A DNA stretch of 64,000 bases from Candidatus Hydrogenedentota bacterium (GTDB lineage Bacteria > Hydrogenedentota > Hydrogenedentia > Hydrogenedentales > SLHB01): assembly GCA_045863335.1 (NCBI GenBank), contig BTVY01000033.1:2094-66093 (forward strand). The letters are read 5' to 3'. The notes beneath the pieces were generated by a model that saw only the letters and a list, made by a program, of their open reading frames with translations, did no database searches and was not told where the DNA came from. Of the stretch, positions 27,855 through 35,717 are shown piece by piece. The translations under genes and the position numbers were made by a program. Each line of letters begins with the position of its first letter. Within the stretch, counting starts at the first letter, position 1.

Positions 27855-28987
27855 AGGTGCCGTCTTCGTCCCGCGCGTATATCGATCTCAATGCCTACGG
27901 GAGGAATCTGGGCGTCGTACGTTCCATGATCCCCAAAGAGTGCGGCATCATCGCCGTCGTGAAAGGGAATGCCTACGGTCACGGCGCCGTGCCGATCGCG
28001 CGTCGCGCCGTCGTGGAAGGCGCGGAAATGCTCGGCGTTGCGACCGTCAAGGAAGCGGTGGAACTGCGCGCCGCGGGGATCGATGCGCCCATTCTCGTAC
28101 TCGTTCAGCCAGCCGAAGACGTGCTGTCCGCAGCCGTCGAGTACGACTTGCGTCTGACCATTTCCGACGTCGCGGTTGCCGAGCGGGTGGGGGAGCTCGC
28201 GCGCCGTGCCAACCGGGTCGTGCCCCTTCACTGCAAGATCGACACTGGCATGGGCCGCCAGGGATTCTCCATGGATGACGCTGTCTCGGAAATGATGCGG
28301 CTCACCAGAATTTCGCACATCGACATCGAAGGCGTGTGCACCCACTTTTCTATTGCCGAGAACGGGCGAGACCCCTTCACGGCGAATCAGGTTCGCCAGT
28401 TTCGCCAGGTGCTCAAGCTGATCGAGAAAGAGGGCATCCCCTACGAGATGACCCACGCCGCGAATAGTGCGGCAGTCGTCGGACATCCCGCCGCAGCCCT
28501 CGACATGGTGCGGCCGGGGCTCATGACTTACGGCGTGTGGCCAACCGATTCGCCTCCTGCCGAGTCGCCGCTACGGCCGGTCCTGCGCTGGGAAACGCAG
28601 GTCATCCTCGTGAAGGACATCAACAAGGGCGATTCGGTTGGGTACGGGCGCACGTTCACCGCTGGTGACGCAATCCGGGTGGCCGTGATTCCCGTGGGCT
28701 ATGCCGATGGATACAAGCATAGTCTGTCCAATCGAGCGTCCGTGCTGATCCGGGGGAAACGGTGCGCGGTACGTGGCCGCATTTCCATGGACCAGACGGT
28801 CGTCGAAGTGACGCAGGTGCCCGGCATCAGCGTCGGTGATACCGTTACGCTCATTGGAACTGACGGCCGAGAATCGATCACGGCGGAGGAACTGGCCGAA
28901 CGTGGGGGCACGATCCCCTACGAAATCCTCACCGGCATCAGCCCACGAGTCGAACGCGAATACGTCGACGATGCCTCCGAGTCATGA
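27851..28987 (+). CDS. alr: Alanine racemase
   Basis: PLP-Lys motif AVVKGNAYGHG, the ISMDQ motif and C-terminal beta domain. ATGA overlap with the upstream stop. Confidence 0.85.
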   Translation: MKVPSSSRAYIDLNAYGRNLGVVRSMIPKECGIIAVVKGNAYGHGAVPIARRAVVEGAEMLGVATVKEAVELRAAGIDAPILVLVQPAEDVLSAAVEYDLRLTISDVAVAERVGELARRANRVVPLHCKIDTGMGRQGFSMDDAVSEMMRLTRISHIDIEGVCTHFSIAENGRDPFTANQVRQFRQVLKLIEKEGIPYEMTHAANSAAVVGHPAAALDMVRPGLMTYGVWPTDSPPAESPLRPVLRWETQVILVKDINKGDSVGYGRTFTAGDAIRVAVIPVGYADGYKHSLSNRASVLIRGKRCAVRGRISMDQTVVEVTQVPGISVGDTVTLIGTDGRESITAEELAERGGTIPYEILTGISPRVEREYVDDASES

Positions 28988-29505
28988 GCATCTACCTCAT
29001 CGACGGGTACAACGTCATTCACAAATGCCCCCAGCTACGACCGCTAACGCAGACGAATTTCGAGGCGTCGCGGGATAGTCTTATCGACCGCGTGGCGCGG
29101 TACTGCAGTCTGACCAGCCATCATGCCAAGATTGTTTTCGACGGTCGCGGCCGTCGCCAGGAACCGTCGCTTCCCGAGTGCGGAACGGCGAACGTCGAGA
29201 TCATCTTCTCGCCCGGCCACCATACGGCCGACACGCTTATCGAGCGGATCGTCTATGACGCCCGCAATCGCCGCGATTACGTGGTCGTGAGCGGCGACCG
29301 CGGCATCCGCAACCTGGTCGGCGGGCTCGGCGGGCTTACCATGATCCCCGCCAGCTTTCTCACGGAGATCGATCAGGCCCTCGAAAGCGCCAGCAGCGCG
29401 CTCCGCAACCAGACCCGCCAGCACCGCGCCAGCCACCTTGAAGACCGGCTGAGCGGGGACTCGCTGGAACGACTGAAAAGGCTGAAGGGGAAGTTGAAGG
29501 ATTAG
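28984..29505 (+). CDS. NYN/PIN-like domain protein (YacP/Rae1 family predicted RNase)
   Basis: MSIYLIDGYNVIH...IVFDG...VIFS...ADTLIERIV...VVVSGDRGIRN is the YacP-type NYN domain signature. ATGA overlap with alr. Confidence 0.75.
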   Translation: MSIYLIDGYNVIHKCPQLRPLTQTNFEASRDSLIDRVARYCSLTSHHAKIVFDGRGRRQEPSLPECGTANVEIIFSPGHHTADTLIERIVYDARNRRDYVVVSGDRGIRNLVGGLGGLTMIPASFLTEIDQALESASSALRNQTRQHRASHLEDRLSGDSLERLKRLKGKLKD

Positions 29506-30350
29506 TCCGGACGGAGTGTGGTCCCGGTGGTGTTCTCGTCGTCGCTGTCCTTGCGCGGGGATTCGGCCGGGTCGCCTGACGAATTGACGAGATTGGTTAG
29601 ATATACGCACAGACCGAAAATCGCCACGCCGGTTGCTATGTTTCCTGCTGCACCGAGCGCGAACAACGATGAAATCAAATCCCACCCGGCGTGGATCAGC
29701 GATGCGGCGAGGATGCCTCCGAAGTATTCGCGGACGAATCCGAAGACCAATCCCGCAATTCCCGTCATGAACAAAGCGGTGATATCGAACTGAACTTGTC
29801 CCGTCAGCGGATTGAATGGATTCAGCAGATGGCCGATTCCAAACAACGCGGCGGTGATGAACACTCCCCAGCCGAAGCGCAGATTGCCCCAGCTTAACGG
29901 CCGGCCGAGCGCCCGGTTCAGTTCCCCCTGGAAGAAACCGCGAAAGAGAAATTCCTCTCCGAATCCGGATAGCACGATCTGAAAGAATACTGTCGACACC
30001 ACGAATCCCATGGACGTGTGCTTCAGACGCAGTTGGCCAAACACGCCTTCGCCGAGGAGCGGCGCGGCGACCAGCACGAGAAAAGCAACGCCGCCCACGA
30101 CCAACTCCCGCGAGACGTTGTTTGAACGCAGGCCGTACTCGCCTGGAGTCCGCCGGGCCAACGCCATCATCACGATTGGCAGGATGAGAAAGGCGACGTG
30201 CGAGGCGTAGTTCCAGTGAAGCGTCCGTTGCCACTGGCCCAGTGGGGTTGAGGGCAGCACCCACATGAACACCAGAATACCGGCGAAGGCGCCGAGTACG
30301 AGCGTCGCGGAAATAAAGGGACTCCCTTTTGTCTCATCGCAGTGGTTCAT
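29502..30350 (-). CDS. CPBP family intramembrane glutamic endopeptidase (CAAX protease / Abi family)
   Basis: Polytopic membrane protein with GFGEEFLFRG (EExxxR) and FGIGHLLN (FxxxH) motifs. Confidence 0.8.
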   Translation of the reverse strand: MNHCDETKGSPFISATLVLGAFAGILVFMWVLPSTPLGQWQRTLHWNYASHVAFLILPIVMMALARRTPGEYGLRSNNVSRELVVGGVAFLVLVAAPLLGEGVFGQLRLKHTSMGFVVSTVFFQIVLSGFGEEFLFRGFFQGELNRALGRPLSWGNLRFGWGVFITAALFGIGHLLNPFNPLTGQVQFDITALFMTGIAGLVFGFVREYFGGILAASLIHAGWDLISSLFALGAAGNIATGVAIFGLCVYLTNLVNSSGDPAESPRKDSDDENTTGTTLRPD

Positions 30351-30499
30351 GCGGTTGCCCTGGACCCGTTTAATATCGTGAGTATGCGGTTCAACGACCC
30401 TTGCTTCAAGGAGGTGGCGTCGAATGCGGACTTCGCGATATGCTCCCCGCCGTGGGTCTTCGGCAGAGGCGGGTGACGATTCTATTCGGAGGGTTTTGC

Positions 30500-32995
30500 A
30501 TGGACTTGATGCAGGCTGTATCCGACGGTAATGAGGAGCTTGTTCGGACGCTCGTGTCGGGGGCGAAGAAGTCCGACCTTAACAAGCGCGGTCCGAACAA
30601 GAGCACAGTCCTCATGGTTGCGGCGAGCGCAGGAAATACGGTGATAACCCGCATGCTCATCGAGGCGGGCGCGGATTTGGACTTGCAGGACTCCGACGAC
30701 CAGACCGCCTTGATGTTTGCGATCTGCGGCCAGCAGGAAGAAACGGTCGACCTATTGCTCGATGCGGGCGCGCGTGCCGACATTGAGAACTGGCTCGCAT
30801 TCGACTTTGCGGTGCGGTTTGGGACGCCGCGCATGGTGAAACGGCTCATCGATCTGGGCGCCGATGTGAACCGCCGCGATGGCGACGGCGCCCCGCCGCT
30901 TCTCGAGGCCGTAAACCGCGGAAGTCAGGAACTCGTGGAAATGCTCATCGCTTCGGGTGCGGATCATGACGCGACGGCTTGTGGCGGGCAGACCGCGGTT
31001 TCCCTCGCTGCGAGCGGACGAAACGCAGATCTCTTTGAGTATCTCGTGGACCAAGGGTGTCCCATCGGGCCCGCGCTCAATGGCGCGATCTTCACGCGCA
31101 GAGTGGACGTCGTGAAGCGGCTCATCGAATTGGGCGCGAACGTCAACGAACAAGACAAGCAATTCGGATACACGCCTTTGGCAACAGCGACCGAAGTGGG
31201 CGACGCAAAAATTGTCAAAATGCTCATTGACGCCGGCGCCGATCTGAAGGCAACGGATTTTATCGGGCAAACTCCGTTGTGCACCGCAGCCATGAACGGT
31301 CAGACCGCCGTCATGAAGGTGCTCCTCGATGCCGGGTCCGACATCCGCCATCGGAACGCGGAGGGCGAAACGATCCTCACCATGGCAACCTGGATGGACC
31401 AGGCCAAAGCCGTGGAATTCCTCCTCGAGCGCGGCGCCGACCCGAACGAAACCGGTAAGAATTCTCCCGCACCGCTTCTGTGGGCGGTCGCCCAGGACTC
31501 GCAGAACCTCGTGAAGCGCCTGCTCGATGCGGGTGCGGACCCGAATGCCGCGGTTCCGAAGACGAAGCGACACGGAATATTCGACAAGTATCCAAAGGGC
31601 ACCACCGCGCTCATGATTGCGGCCGCAAAAGGCCGGAGCAAGATTGTCGACATACTTCTCGAAGCCGGGGTGGATCCACAGGTCGAGAACGGCGAAGGCA
31701 GAACGGCAGTAGATTTCGCCGCAAAAGCCGGCCGCGGCAAGGTTCTCGAACGCCTGGAACGCACCGGCGCCACCGTCGATCGTTCGTCGAAGGAACTTCA
31801 GGATGCACTCTTGCTCCAGGCCGTGGAGAGTGGCAACGTAGCGGACGTCAAGAAGGCACTCGCCGCGGGCGCCAAAGCGGACGCGACCAAGAAGAAGGGC
31901 CATCCGACCGCGCTCATGACCGCGTGCCTGGAAGGTCGAGATGACATTGTCCGCGCCCTGCTGGATGCCGGCGCGAAAGTCGACCGGGTATGCGAGTGGG
32001 GGCAGGCGCCCCTACGCAACGCCGTGGTGCGCGGTCATACTGGCGTGGTCCGCATGCTGTTGGAAGCGGGCGCCAATCCAAGTCTCTCCTATCCATCCGC
32101 GTCCATTCCCGCCGAAGAAAAGAACACCGTGTTTCCCAGCATGGAATCGCCACTGATGGACGCGGCCAATCTCGGGCGGCCGGAGATTCTTGAGTTGCTG
32201 ATCGAATTCGGAGCCGACGTGAATCAGGTATCCGAATCCGGGAAGAATCCGCTGCTCGCTGCGGTGTGGGGCCGACACTTCGATTTGGCAAAGCGCCTTC
32301 TTGCCGCGGGTGCCACGCGCAGGATTGAAGACGCCGATTGCCTTGCCGTACTGGATTGGGACGAGAATGCCGCCCATGCCGCGTATCAGGAATCCATTCG
32401 CGAAGTCGCGGAGGCCTGCGGCTGCGAACCCGAGCCCATCGATTGGTTGCCCGGCGCAAAATCCTTCCGTTTCACCGTGCCGGAGCAGAAAGGCGATGGG
32501 GGAGAGGCCGAACCCGACGTTGCGACCGCGGCCATCCACTGGTCCAGACAGTTCAACGAAAAGTACGCAACGCTGGCAAAAGACGTGAACGAGGTGCTCG
32601 ACCGGCTCGCGGCTGCCATCGAGGAACGCGGCTATCACCTCCTCGACGCGGGCATGCCCCTCGGCTGCGGTCCCATGACGCGGTTTCTCGTGCTCCTGCC
32701 GTCAAACGACAAGTACGCCATCATGAGCGCCTTCGTTGTCCGCGGCAACGATATGGAGCTTTCCAATCGCGACATCGTGCAATGGTTCCGCGACTTTGAA
32801 ATCGAGGTACCGTTCCGCCTTCGCGGGTGCAAGTTCGACACCGTGACAATCCAACTCGACGCGCCCCTGCCCAACGCCAAGAAATGGGTGAAGAAACTGC
32901 GCGATTTCTGCCCCGACTCCTTCGGCGAAGGCACCTCCAAAGAACTGTCCGACCTCCTAAAGACGACCACAAGACTGACTTTCTGGTGGGATTAG
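30500..32995 (+). CDS. Ankyrin-repeat protein (about 18 repeats) with a roughly 220-aa non-repeat C-terminal domain
   Basis: Repeated TALMxAAxxGHxxxVxxLLxAGADxN units across about 600 aa. C-terminal 220 aa (from about 32320) lack ankyrin periodicity. Start at ATG 30500 (MDLMQAVSDGNEELVRTL) preferred over the upstream track extension. Confidence 0.85.
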   Translation: MDLMQAVSDGNEELVRTLVSGAKKSDLNKRGPNKSTVLMVAASAGNTVITRMLIEAGADLDLQDSDDQTALMFAICGQQEETVDLLLDAGARADIENWLAFDFAVRFGTPRMVKRLIDLGADVNRRDGDGAPPLLEAVNRGSQELVEMLIASGADHDATACGGQTAVSLAASGRNADLFEYLVDQGCPIGPALNGAIFTRRVDVVKRLIELGANVNEQDKQFGYTPLATATEVGDAKIVKMLIDAGADLKATDFIGQTPLCTAAMNGQTAVMKVLLDAGSDIRHRNAEGETILTMATWMDQAKAVEFLLERGADPNETGKNSPAPLLWAVAQDSQNLVKRLLDAGADPNAAVPKTKRHGIFDKYPKGTTALMIAAAKGRSKIVDILLEAGVDPQVENGEGRTAVDFAAKAGRGKVLERLERTGATVDRSSKELQDALLLQAVESGNVADVKKALAAGAKADATKKKGHPTALMTACLEGRDDIVRALLDAGAKVDRVCEWGQAPLRNAVVRGHTGVVRMLLEAGANPSLSYPSASIPAEEKNTVFPSMESPLMDAANLGRPEILELLIEFGADVNQVSESGKNPLLAAVWGRHFDLAKRLLAAGATRRIEDADCLAVLDWDENAAHAAYQESIREVAEACGCEPEPIDWLPGAKSFRFTVPEQKGDGGEAEPDVATAAIHWSRQFNEKYATLAKDVNEVLDRLAAAIEERGYHLLDAGMPLGCGPMTRFLVLLPSNDKYAIMSAFVVRGNDMELSNRDIVQWFRDFEIEVPFRLRGCKFDTVTIQLDAPLPNAKKWVKKLRDFCPDSFGEGTSKELSDLLKTTTRLTFWWD

Positions 32996-33009
32996 AGGGG
33001 CCACATGTA

Positions 33010-33030
33010 GGTCGGGAATGATTCCCGACC
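33010..33030. promoter_or_regulatory. 21-bp perfect palindrome GGTCGGGAAT-G-ATTCCCGACC
   Basis: Read directly: 10-nt arms are exact reverse complements around a single central base. 15 nt after the ankyrin gene stop. Confidence 0.5.
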
Positions 33031-33164
33031 AATGGGTCCTCGTCGACCGAGCAATGTAGACAGGCCCCGGTGTTTGATGCAAGCTTTTCGCCCCTTCTAC
33101 CTTTGCGTGAACCCGCTCCAAACGTAAGGCGTGGGTCATGCAGGAAAGTGGCCGAGAACTTCCT

Positions 33165-33185
33165 GGACGGGAATCATTCCCGTCC
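33165..33185. promoter_or_regulatory. 21-bp perfect palindrome GGACGGGAAT-C-ATTCCCGTCC (second copy of the same motif)
   Basis: Same CGGGAAT-N-ATTCCCG core as the site 155 bp upstream. Additional GATTCC half-site-like copies at about 33194 and 33222. Confidence 0.5.
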
Positions 33186-33429
33186 TACGTGGGATTCCGC
33201 CCCACGGCACCCCACCTGATTCCCCCGGTGCTATCGAATCCTAGTTTTTTTCATGCCAAATTCCCCTGACAAAACGTTCAGTATTTCAGGTTTTTCTAGT
33301 TTATGCCTTTCTATATCTTGTGTCGCAACTGTCAATTCATATCTCCCCCTACAACATATTGTATAAGATATCGCAATTTGGTCATCTTCGTAACCTGTTG
33401 GATCTAAACGAGAACCAACAATTTTCCTC

Positions 33430-33458
33430 TTGACAGCCGTGGTGGATAGTGGTACGGT
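33430..33458 (+). promoter_or_regulatory. Candidate dcw promoter (Pmra-like)
   Basis: TTGACA (33430-33435), 17-nt spacer, TACGGT (33453-33458), about 55 nt upstream of the mraZ GTG. Lies at the edge of a roughly 200-bp AT-rich island (33231-33430). Confidence 0.5.
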
Positions 33459-33487
33459 GGGGTTGTTGAGTGGGGAGAAATGGTAGG
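33439..33487 (+). promoter_or_regulatory. GTGG(G) direct-repeat array (candidate MraZ operator)
   Basis: GTGGTGG (33439), GTGG (33449), GTGGGG (33457), GTGGGG (33470) and TGGTAGG (33481) at roughly helical (8-13 bp) spacing, overlapping the -10 region. E. coli MraZ binds GTGGG-type direct repeats at 10-bp periodicity in Pmra. Confidence 0.45.
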
Positions 33488-33512
33488 TTAGGGTTCGCGG
33501 AAGGAGCCTTCG

Positions 33513-34001
33513 GTGTATTACGGAGAGGCCGTCACCAAATTGGATGACAAGGGACGCATCACCGTCCCGCGCCGTATCCGTGAAACCATGGATCATGAAG
33601 GTCACCTCATCTGGTACATGGCCCGCGGGTACAACCACTCCATCTTTCTCTTCCACCGCGACGAGTGGAACAAGATCCGGCAGCAGGCCGGCCGCCATTC
33701 CGCCATGGACGCAAAAACCCTCCCCTTCCGGCGCATGTTCTTCAGCAGCGTCGCGGAGGCGCGTCCGGACGGGCAAGGGCGAATGGCAGTCCCCCAACAC
33801 TTGCGCGAATACGCCGGAATCGACAAAGAAGCGGTGCTAATCGGTGTAGAAGACCACCTGGAACTGTGGGACAAGGACGCGTGGCGCCAGTTCCAGGAGT
33901 CGAACGATGCGGAATATGAGGATATGGCGGCCCCATTGTTCTCGATGGGTGAATCGGTGGCTGCCGCAACTGCGAAAGGTGGGCCAGAGGATGAATGTTG
34001 A
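33513..34001 (+). CDS. mraZ: Transcriptional regulator MraZ
   Basis: Two SpoVT/AbrB-like halves each with DxxGR motifs (KLDDKGRITVPRRIRE; ARPDGQGRMAVPQHLRE). GTG start 6 nt after AAGGAG. Confidence 0.9.
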   Translation: MYYGEAVTKLDDKGRITVPRRIRETMDHEGHLIWYMARGYNHSIFLFHRDEWNKIRQQAGRHSAMDAKTLPFRRMFFSSVAEARPDGQGRMAVPQHLREYAGIDKEAVLIGVEDHLELWDKDAWRQFQESNDAEYEDMAAPLFSMGESVAAATAKGGPEDEC

Positions 34002-34335
34002 ACGAACAGACATCGGTGCGGTGACCGTGCTCAGGCTTGAGGGCGACATTGACGAAACCGGAGTGGACGCGTTGCGGACCGCGCTCTATGAATGCATCAA
34101 CGACGGGCGGTCCAAGCTGGTCTTGAATCTGAGCAGCATTCGGTTCATCAGTTACATGGGCGTCGGCGTTTTGGTCGAGCGGCTGCGCAAGCTCCGCGCG
34201 CAAGGCGGCGACATGAAGCTCGTGGGCATCAACCTCTACACGCAGCGCCTGTTCCGGATGGTCGGCGTCCAGTCGCTCTTCGACACCTTCGAGAGCGAAA
34301 CCCAGGCCCTGGGCGTGTATCAGGAGGCGGCATAA
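33991..34335 (+). CDS. STAS-domain anti-sigma-factor antagonist (SpoIIAA-like)
   Basis: MNVERTDIGAVTVLRLEGDIDETGVDALRTALYECINDGRSKLVLNLSSIRFISYMGVGVLVERLRKLRAQGGDMKLVGI: STAS fold with the conserved phosphorylatable Ser region (LSSIRFISY). 11-nt overlap with the mraZ end. Confidence 0.7.
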   Translation: MNVERTDIGAVTVLRLEGDIDETGVDALRTALYECINDGRSKLVLNLSSIRFISYMGVGVLVERLRKLRAQGGDMKLVGINLYTQRLFRMVGVQSLFDTFESETQALGVYQEAA

Positions 34336-34346
34336 CGCCAGCTTCC

Positions 34347-35306
34347 GGTGCGGGTAAAGGGAGCGGCCGGGTTCCGCACACGCCGGTACTGGCCGACGCG
34401 GTCCTGAAGTGGCTGGACGTGCATCCCGGCGGAGTTTACGTCGACTGCACGGCGGGCGCAGGAGGCCACTCCGAGCTGATTGCGCAACGGCTGGCCGATG
34501 GCCGCTTAATCGCGCTGGACCGCGATCCCGCGGCAGTTGAACTCGCGCGGACGCGATTGCGTCCTTTTCCGCAGGCTCAGGTTGTTCACGCAAACTACGC
34601 GAATCTTGCGTCGGTTCTGGATGGTTTGAGCATACGCCGGGTGCACGGCGTGTTGATCGACGCGGGTGTGTCGAGCATGCAGATTGATGATCCCGAGCGG
34701 GGTTTTTCGCTACAGAACGACGGCCCCCTCGACATGCGCATGAATCCTGACGAAGGAATGACAGCCTTGGAGTATCTGGCATCGACAGATTCGGACGAGT
34801 TGGCGGACGTCCTTCGCTCGTATGGGGACGTGAAGCCCGCGCGCCGGATTGCCAAACTGCTGGCTGCCCGCGCCCGGGAAGGGCGAATCCGCACGACCTT
34901 GGATCTGGTTCGGACCGTGCAAGAATCGCTTTCTTTTGTGCGCGGGATTCCTGAAGAGGTTCGCACAGTATTTCAGGCGCTGCGAATTGCGGTGAACGAT
35001 GAACTCAAAGGTTTAAGCGAAGGCGTGCATCAGGCCATCGACATGCTGGAACCCGGCGGGCGTTTGGTCGCGATCTCCTTTCATTCCGGAGAAGATCGGA
35101 TCGTGAAGAATGCCCTGAACCGTGAAAGCCGACCGGAACGGGAACTCCATCCCGACGGGAGGGTGAAACGGGAGATTCCGCCACGCATGCGCATTCTGAC
35201 GCGCAAACCCGTTGCGCCGGACTCCGACGAGGTGCGCGAGAATCCGCGGGCGCACAGTGCCCGGTTACGCGCCGCCGAGCGACTCAGCGGAGACATGGAG
35301 CCATGA
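34347..35306 (+). CDS. rsmH: 16S rRNA (cytosine1402-N4)-methyltransferase RsmH (MraW)
   Basis: HTPVLADAVLKWL...GVYVDCTAGAGGHSELI...VLIDAGVSSMQIDDPERGFS...AISFHSGEDRIVK motifs. No canonical ATG/GTG/TTG lies in frame between the STAS stop (34335) and the conserved HTPVL, so the 5' end is approximate. Confidence 0.8.
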   Translation, partial: GAGKGSGRVPHTPVLADAVLKWLDVHPGGVYVDCTAGAGGHSELIAQRLADGRLIALDRDPAAVELARTRLRPFPQAQVVHANYANLASVLDGLSIRRVHGVLIDAGVSSMQIDDPERGFSLQNDGPLDMRMNPDEGMTALEYLASTDSDELADVLRSYGDVKPARRIAKLLAARAREGRIRTTLDLVRTVQESLSFVRGIPEEVRTVFQALRIAVNDELKGLSEGVHQAIDMLEPGGRLVAISFHSGEDRIVKNALNRESRPERELHPDGRVKREIPPRMRILTRKPVAPDSDEVRENPRAHSARLRAAERLSGDMEP

Positions 35307-35713
35307 CTAGGGGATCATACCCACGTCCCGCACGCGGCGTTCTCGTGGGCGCTGTCCTTTGGATCCCCGTTCTGCTCGTGCCGTTTTCCGCGTTCTTTTT
35401 TGAGACGTGGCTGCAATTACAGATCTTTGAACGGGACTACGAAGCCGCCGAACTAAGCCGCGAAATACGGGAGACCAATGCGCGAATCGAAGGGCTCGAA
35501 GAGCGCGCGGACGAGCTGATGACACTCGACCGAATCTCGGAGCAAGCGCCGGACCTGGGGTTGGTCCAACCTGAACCCAGCCAAATCGAGGTCGTGCGTG
35601 TCACGCCCGGCAGCGAGTATCGTATAGAAGAGCCGTTCTACGAAATTGCCCGCTTGCCGGCGGCGGAACCGTCCGGTCCTCCCGCGGCCGCCACCGATTC
35701 GGGAGTGCCCTGA
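35303..35713 (+). CDS. ftsL: Cell division protein FtsL-like
   Basis: Position between rsmH and ftsI. Single TM (GAVLWIPVLLVPFSAFFF) followed by a coiled-coil (REIRETNARIEGLEERADEL). Called by synteny and topology. Confidence 0.6.
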   Translation: MTRGSYPRPARGVLVGAVLWIPVLLVPFSAFFFETWLQLQIFERDYEAAELSREIRETNARIEGLEERADELMTLDRISEQAPDLGLVQPEPSQIEVVRVTPGSEYRIEEPFYEIARLPAAEPSGPPAAATDSGVP

Positions 35714-35717
35714 TCCC

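Noticed and set aside
29044-30264. 406-aa minus-strand ORF overlapping yacP and the CPBP gene
   Set aside because: Extremely Arg-rich translation. The CPBP frame has diagnostic EExxxR/FxxxH motifs and TM helices, and yacP has NYN motifs.
30752-31903. 383-aa minus-strand ORF inside the ankyrin gene
   Set aside because: Ankyrin repeats on the plus strand are unmistakable. The antisense frame is the usual open frame of GC-rich repeats.
34092-34346. ATG at 34092 as the rsmH start (405-aa track ORF)
   Set aside because: The first 85 aa in that frame show no RsmH similarity and lie over the STAS gene, which has good STAS motifs in another frame. Homology to RsmH begins only near 34377.
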